Notes under the pieces: generated by a model | Database searches by the model: none | Told to the model about the DNA's origin: nothing | The model's input: only the letters and a program-made list of their open reading frames with translations | Shown: positions 58,043 through 64,000 of the stretch, piece after piece | Numbering within the stretch: the stretch's first letter is position 1 | How the letters are laid out: each line of letters begins with the position of its first letter | DNA from: Balamuthia mandrillaris | Taxonomy: Eukaryota | DNA: 64,000 nucleotides | NCBI GenBank assembly: GCA_031835245.2 | Contig: JAVKOQ020000003.1 | Coordinates: 310,001-374,000, forward strand | Reading direction: 5' to 3' | Position numbers and translations under genes: made by a program

Positions 58043-59973
58043 ATGAGTAGCAGCGGGAAGAGCTCGATGGTGGCCAGGCTGCTGAAAGAACGAAAAAAGA
58101 AGAGGCTGTTGAAGAGGGCGATGGACCGATGGCCTGACCCTACCTCTGCTGGCGGCCCGCTTGCTGATTTTCCTCAAGAAAGACAAGGGTGCTTTTTTTC
58201 TTTCTTTCTTTCTTTCTTTCTTTCATCTTCTCGACATGGTCTTTTGCTTTTCCTTTAAAAAAAACTCTCTGATTTTTTTTTAAATTTATTTACTCATTTT
58301 TTTTGTTAATCAGAAAATTTGTGGAAGGAAAGATATTTGAAACCAACAAAATATACAAACGGCAAGACCTTCATCGACGCTTTGGCGGACAGAGGAGAGC
58401 CGGCATCAGCACGCCCGCTCATTTCCCATTCATTTTCATCTTTAGTGGAGAGACTTCGGTGGTGCGGAAGGTCGGTTACACGGATGGTTGGAAAGATGAA
58501 CACACTTTCTTTTATACTGGCCAAGGTAAATATCGTTCTTCCTTATGGAAATGTTTTTTTTTTGTGTTTTGAATTCTTTTTTATTTATTCTCTTTCTTTC
58601 TTTCTTTCTTGCTTTTTTTCAGTTTCTTTCTTTCTTTCTTTCTTTTTTTGTTTCTTTTCATGGCTTTTTTTTCTTTTTCTCTGCTTATTCTTTTGTACTG
58701 TAAAACTTATCTGTTAACAGGGCAAGAAGGCGATCAAACCTGGACAAAAGGTAACCTGGCCCTTCGAACCCACCACCGACTATCCAAACGGATTTTCTTG
58801 TTTCACATCGACCCTCGCCTTCACTCGGGCTATGTTAGGTTCATCGATGAGCTGCAATTCCAGTCCTACCAGTACGTGCAACGACCTGACACCGAAAGTA
58901 ATATGAGACGAGCGATTCTCTTCACTCTCACTACTGTTACTGCTAGTGCCTCTTCTCCTTTGAGCACAAACATTCTTTCCTCCTCTTCTTCCACAACTTC
59001 ATTTTCTTCTTCTGCTCGAACTACTTCTATCAACCCTTCTACATCTTCTTGGCCAGGCTCTTCCAGAGCCAAGCTAACTAGCAATAGCAGCAACACCACA
59101 ACAAAGTATAATGCAACTACTTCGGTTGATCCACATGTAAGAACGCCAACACCTGAGTCGAGTGCAGCAACATCATCGAGACAACCTACAACAGAGCAAC
59201 AAGCGAATAGCGATATATTCCCTACAACAGAGCAGCGGATACAGCAGAGAAAGCGTAAGAGAGAAAAGGCGAGAGAGGAAGAGAGGAGGCGGCTCCAGAT
59301 GAGAGCGGCGCAACGGCGGCGGCAAATGGACCAGCTGCCAGTCTTCCAAAAGCAAACAACCAAAAAAGATGGAATACCTCATAAAAAACTGTCTTCCGAA
59401 TCTTCCTCCGCATCAGAGCAAGACGAGAATGCACAAACGAAACGGATTCCAATGGAACAACTTCCAAGCCTCAAAAACAGAAACGAACAATCAAAATCGT
59501 TGTCAAAATCTTCGTTATCAGAGAAAGAAGAGGAATGCGAAGCACCCGCACCGAGTGAACCTTCATCAACAGAGAATGCAGAAATGGAACGGGGGCAAAC
59601 AAGTAAACAATCACAAACCTTCAAACGAAAACCTCAACAACTGTTCTTTGCTTCTTCTGATGACGAAAAAGAAGAACGAGATTATCAACCAGAACAGCAT
59701 CTTCCACAACAACAGCAAATCGATAACATTGAAGAAGTTGTGAGCTACGAACGAATGAATGGAGAAAAGTTGTCACGGCTCCAAGAGGACGATTTCGATG
59801 ATCCACTTTTGCTGGACTTTGACGAGGCAGCAAGCAGAGAACAAGCAGAGAACGATGAACAAGAAGAAGAACTGGACTTTGATGATCCATTACTCTCAAT
59901 AGTAACAGAAAACGACGAACGCGATGACGAAGAAGAAGTGGACGATGGATTCATCGATCCCCTACTACTGTAA
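58043..59973 (+). CDS. Protein with bacterial-type SRA domain (ScoMcrA / SRA-HNH-like) and long disordered acidic tail; introns 58189-58313 and 58526-58720
   Basis: Spliced domain YKRQDLHRRFGGQRRAGISTPAHFPFIFIFSGE...GYTDGW...FFYTGQGQEGDQTWTKGNLALRTH...IFLF...RPDTESNMRRAILFTL. Confidence 0.8.
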
Positions 59974-60176
59974 AAAAAAAAAAGACTTTCTGGGTGTGAG
60001 AAGCCGTCAGCCTTTAGAAGGAACGTCTCTCATTTGGTTGCTCAAGTGATCCGCTGCAACAAGAACGTGCTTCCTCTCCTTGTTCACTCTTCACCTTTCT
60101 TTCTGTTCTTGTGCCATAAGAAAAAAAAATGCACCACACCCTGTGGGGTAGAAAAAGTAAAGTATATTAGTATATG

Positions 60177-61010
60177 TTAGGAGTGCTTCTTTACAACGTG
60201 TCGCGCCCACTGGACTTCTTCTACCATCTCTCCACTAAGTTTTTTTTGTTTCAAACAAACGAAAGACAAAAAAAAAGTTAGAAACAAAAAATATAACAAA
60301 AGACAAAGAAAAAAGACAAAGACAAAGACAAAGACAAAGGAAAAAAAAAAGACAAACCAAATGGTGCATTGTTTCATTTTGGCAGCACGATCCTCTTCAG
60401 CGCGTTGCCTAAGTTCCTCCTCGGAGTAAAGAGAAACAGCGGCAGTCTTTTGCAGCATGTTTCCATAAAACCGGCGTTGCTTCTTCTCCGCCTCCTGCTG
60501 CAACCTTTTCACTCTCTGCACTTCTTTTTGTATTTCTGCCGCTTCTTTCGTTCCTTCTCGTTCTTTGATTTCTTGTAAAGCTTTCTCGAATGCTTCCAAA
60601 GCTTCTTCGTGATCGTTGAGTGCTGCATGGGCTTTTCCCATTCGAAACAATGTCTTGCAACGAATCGAAGAAGAAGATGAAGAGCGTTGTAATGCTTCAC
60701 GACAAGCATCGAGAGCGGCTTTCGGTTGATCCAGTTTGAGATAACAGGCCGCAGCGTTGGAGTGGCACAAGAGAAGGAGATGGTCTGCTCTCTGCTCCTC
60801 TTCATCGGTGGGCAGGTGGATGGCTTGTAGATGAAAGAGAGCGCGACGATACTTGAGGAGGGCTCGTTCCATGTGTTGTCGGAGAAAGAGAACATTTCCG
60901 CTTTGTTTCAGTTGTTCTGCTAGTTCTAGTTTTTTAGGGTTCAACTCGTATTTTTCTAACCCGCTCTTAATTTTGTGTTAGTTTGTTTGAGTGTGTGAAA
61001 TCGACAAAGT

Positions 61011-61046
<36 letters not shown>

Positions 61047-61877
61047 GAGAGGAGAGAGAGACAGAGAGAGAGAGGGAGCACATACTGTGTCGCCATAGGG
61101 TTCAGAGGGTTCGATGTGCAGCAGTTCTAGCTGGAAGATCAGAGCTGAACGAGGTGGAATAGGTTTACCACTTCCTATTGTTTGCTCCAGTTAAACATGA
61201 AAAGGAGAAGGAAGAAGGAAAGAAAAGAGAATGGGAGAACTAGAGGAAAGGAAGCAGAGCAACACAGAAGCAGAGAATAGAAGGTTGAGAAGAGGAGATG
61301 GCAAAGAGAGAACGAGAGAAGCAGAGAAGCAGAGAAGAATGAGAGGACTGACCATGAAAGCCATGGGGGTTACCAGCAGAGGCGAAAGCATGAACGCTGG
61401 AGCAGAAGATGGTCGCTCGGTCCCCTTCCTTCAAACAGGGCAAAGCCAACTCCAGCCCAGTGATCGTTTGCTCTCGGCCGAGCGTAAACGTGAACTCGCT
61501 CTGCCGCTCTCTCGTGTCCTCAAAGATGGAGAGCTTGTGGAGCGTCTCTTCTTTGTTGTGGTTGTTGAAGAGAGCAACGGATTTCTCCTCGTCCTCTTCT
61601 TCGGAAAGAAGTCTACCCACAAAGTGGACTAAAAGAAAGAACGACAGCGAGTCAACACATAAACCACAACACAACACCAAAAAAATCAAAGCATAAGCAA
61701 AAAACAAATCCAAAGATGGAATGATGGAGAGTGGCCTCACCACGGACCATAGACCACATCTCCGGTTGTAGGGGGGGGAAGCGAGGCCGCGTCGTCAGCC
61801 CTGTTGCCGTCCAACCGCACCTTCACGCCCCCATCCTCGCTAACCTGCACCCACTCGCCCGTGCGCTTCAGCTCCAT
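60177..61877 (-). CDS. FKBP-type PPIase + TPR co-chaperone with C-terminal C2H2-like finger
   Basis: VHFVGRL, FTFTLGREQTITGLELAL, IPPRSALIFQLELL; TPR LKQSGNVLF, SNAAACYLKL, KTLFRMGKA. Confidence 0.88.
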
Positions 61878-61907
61878 CTTCGGTTTTTTTTTTTTGGCTA
61901 AGGCAAT

Positions 61908-62092
61908 ATTAATGTCGACATCTGCCCACTGTCCACAGAAAAGAAATGGCAAGGGATAAAAAGGGCAGCAACGTTGTGGTTAATGTCGACACGAATATTT
62001 CTGTCACAAAAAAAAGATATGCTTTCACACGTCGACATGAAAGTCGACATCAATGTGTTGCTTGGGCAGAAATTGGAGAGTTTGTGTCGACA
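61908..62092. promoter_or_regulatory. Cluster of five GTCGACA motifs in the FKBP/eIF3c divergent promoter
   Basis: TGTCGACA at 61913, 61984 and 62085; GTCGACA at 62031 and 62043. Confidence 0.55.
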
Positions 62093-62573
62093 AATTCCTT
62101 CTTCCTTCTCGATTTTTTTTATTTTGTTTGGGGGGCGAGAACGCAATAGAAAAAGGGGGGAAAAAAAAAGGCTGAGTGAGAGAGCTCGTCTTGCAAGTGT
62201 TCTTTCGTTTCGCTTCTTCTTCTTCTTCTTCTTCAAATCTTCTTCACTTTTTTTTTTCTGTTGCGTTGCAGGTAAGAACACAAACCCTCTTTTATTTTTC
62301 ACTGTCCTGAGATCGCTTTCTCGATTGGGATTTCTCGATTTGATTTTCTCGATTGGTTCTTCCTTCTTTTATTTGTTTCTTATTTTTCAATTTTTTTCCC
62401 TTCTCTCTGCTCCGAAGACAAGTCCTTTGCTTTTTTTTGTTCGCTTGACTTTTCGGATTTAATCTCTCGCTCACTCGCTCACTTCACTAACCGCTCGCTA
62501 CATTTTTTTTTTGGTACAGCTTCTCAATCAATCAACAACCCACACTCAGTGAGTCACAAATCATCAAATCAGA

Positions 62574-64000
62574 ATGTCTGGCAAATTTTGGGGCGGCGGT
62601 TCCAGCGAAGAAGAAGAGAGCGACTACTCCGAGGAGGAGGTACAAACACCCGTGCGACGACCCGGCTTTGATGAACTCGAGTCCGACGCCGAGGAGAGCG
62701 AGGGGGAGCAGGAGGACAGGGAGACGGGAGAGATCGACCTGGGCTTCAGCTCCTCCTCTGAGGATGAGGGAGAGAGAGAAAAGCCCAAGAGCTTGAAGGA
62801 CAAGCGCTATGAGGAAATGAACAAAATCATTGACGGTCTCTCCAATCACCTCAAGATCAACGACTGGAATGCAATCGCCGCTGGTAACTTTCTGCTTCTC
62901 CCTTCTCTTTAGTGCCTCTTCCTCTCCTCTCCTCTTCCTTCTCTCTTACATCTGATTCCCAACGCTTTTTACACTCCGCTTGCCACACTTTATTTGCTCA
63001 CTCAAACACCACAAAAAAAAAGACTTTAACAACCTGGTGGCGTGGATTAAGAAGGCCAACAACATCATAAAGCAGGATGGTAAGGGCCTACCTGGCCCTT
63101 ACATCGGCACTTTGATCCGCCTGGAGGATGCCGTCACGCAGAGCGCTGGCAAGGATGCCAAGAAAAAGATGAACGCCCTCAACGCCAGAGCCTTGAACAA
63201 ATTGAAACAGTCGCTCAAGAAACACAACAAAACTTTGGAAAAGGAAATAGAAGCTTTCCTAAAGGTACAAAAGAGCTTTGTTCATTTGTTTGCTTTGAAA
63301 ACGGTTTTTAATGTTGTTAAACAACAAAAACAAATCATAAATAGAATCCGGGATCGTTTTACGTTCCAGGAGAAGAAGAAGAGCCTGAAGAACAGCAAGA
63401 GGATGGTGAGGATGGAGCCTCTAAAACATCAGCAGGAGGAAACTGGGGTGACCTCGTTTCTGATGACGAAGAGGGAGATGCCGCAGCCGATGAAGACGAA
63501 TGGAATGTCGCAGGAGCCAAGAAGCGACCCAGAAAGAGAGGAGCCAAAGGACCTGGCCCCGCCACTGCTGCTGCGACTAGTGGAGCCCCTCAACCAGTCG
63601 TCTGGACGGATGAGTTGGTCCAGAAGAAGTTGAACGAGCTGATGAAGGAACGTGGCCGGAAACGAACGGACTCTAAGAAGCTCGTTGAGAGGCTGAAGGA
63701 GCTCCTGAGCAAAGCTACCACTAATCAGAGGAAAGTGGAGATCAACGTCATGATCCTCTCCTGCATGTTCGAGCCGACATCTGCCAACCTCACCAAGTCC
63801 ATGTCCGTGCAGGAGTGGAAGAACTGCATCGAGCTGATGAGAAAGGTGCTGCGTCTGCTCGAGTCGGACAAGTCCGTGAAGCTCACTGAGACGCGCTCCC
63901 GCGATTTGGCCGCTGAGGAGACCGCCCAGGAAGAGGCCGGTGCTGGCGATGAGTCTTCTCAGACCCTCGTCCTTAACAACCTGCGAGCCTTCATCAACCA
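62574..64000 (+). CDS. EIF3C: Translation initiation factor eIF3 subunit c (NIP1), 3'-truncated by the window
   Basis: MSGKFW + acidic/Ser N-terminus; KSLKDKRYEEM; KINDW; KKKMNALNARALNKLKQSLKK; RGRKRTD. Confidence 0.92.

Overview
Gene-dense eukaryotic DNA with many short GT-AG introns that often contain (CT)n or (TTC/TTG)n microsatellites. The style suggests a free-living protist, possibly an amoebozoan (inference only). About 20 spliced genes are recognisable: ASK21-like SKP1, VAP/MSP, an intronless sulfotransferase, an FG-GAP membrane protein, PDAP1, NDC1, a DH-PH RhoGEF, DUF3754/TMEM143, a T4 Rnl1-like RNA ligase, a TGL2-like lipase, two tandem ankyrin-PKD2(TRPP) channel paralogs flanking a WD40-like gene, a RecQ helicase plus a degenerate partial copy, a KH-WWE-PARP, an F-box/LRR/ankyrin protein, an MFS sugar transporter, USP4/11/15, a bacterial-type SRA-domain protein, FKBP-TPR and eIF3c. 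The most striking signal is three consecutive single-codon (3-nt) microexons (GAT, AAT, CAC), each flanked by AG/GT and conserved in both channel paralogs. Also notable are an intron-containing SRA domain of the bacterial restriction-enzyme type that lacks its nuclease, and an intron-containing phage-type RNA ligase. All calls are by-eye motif recognition, and exon boundaries are manual.
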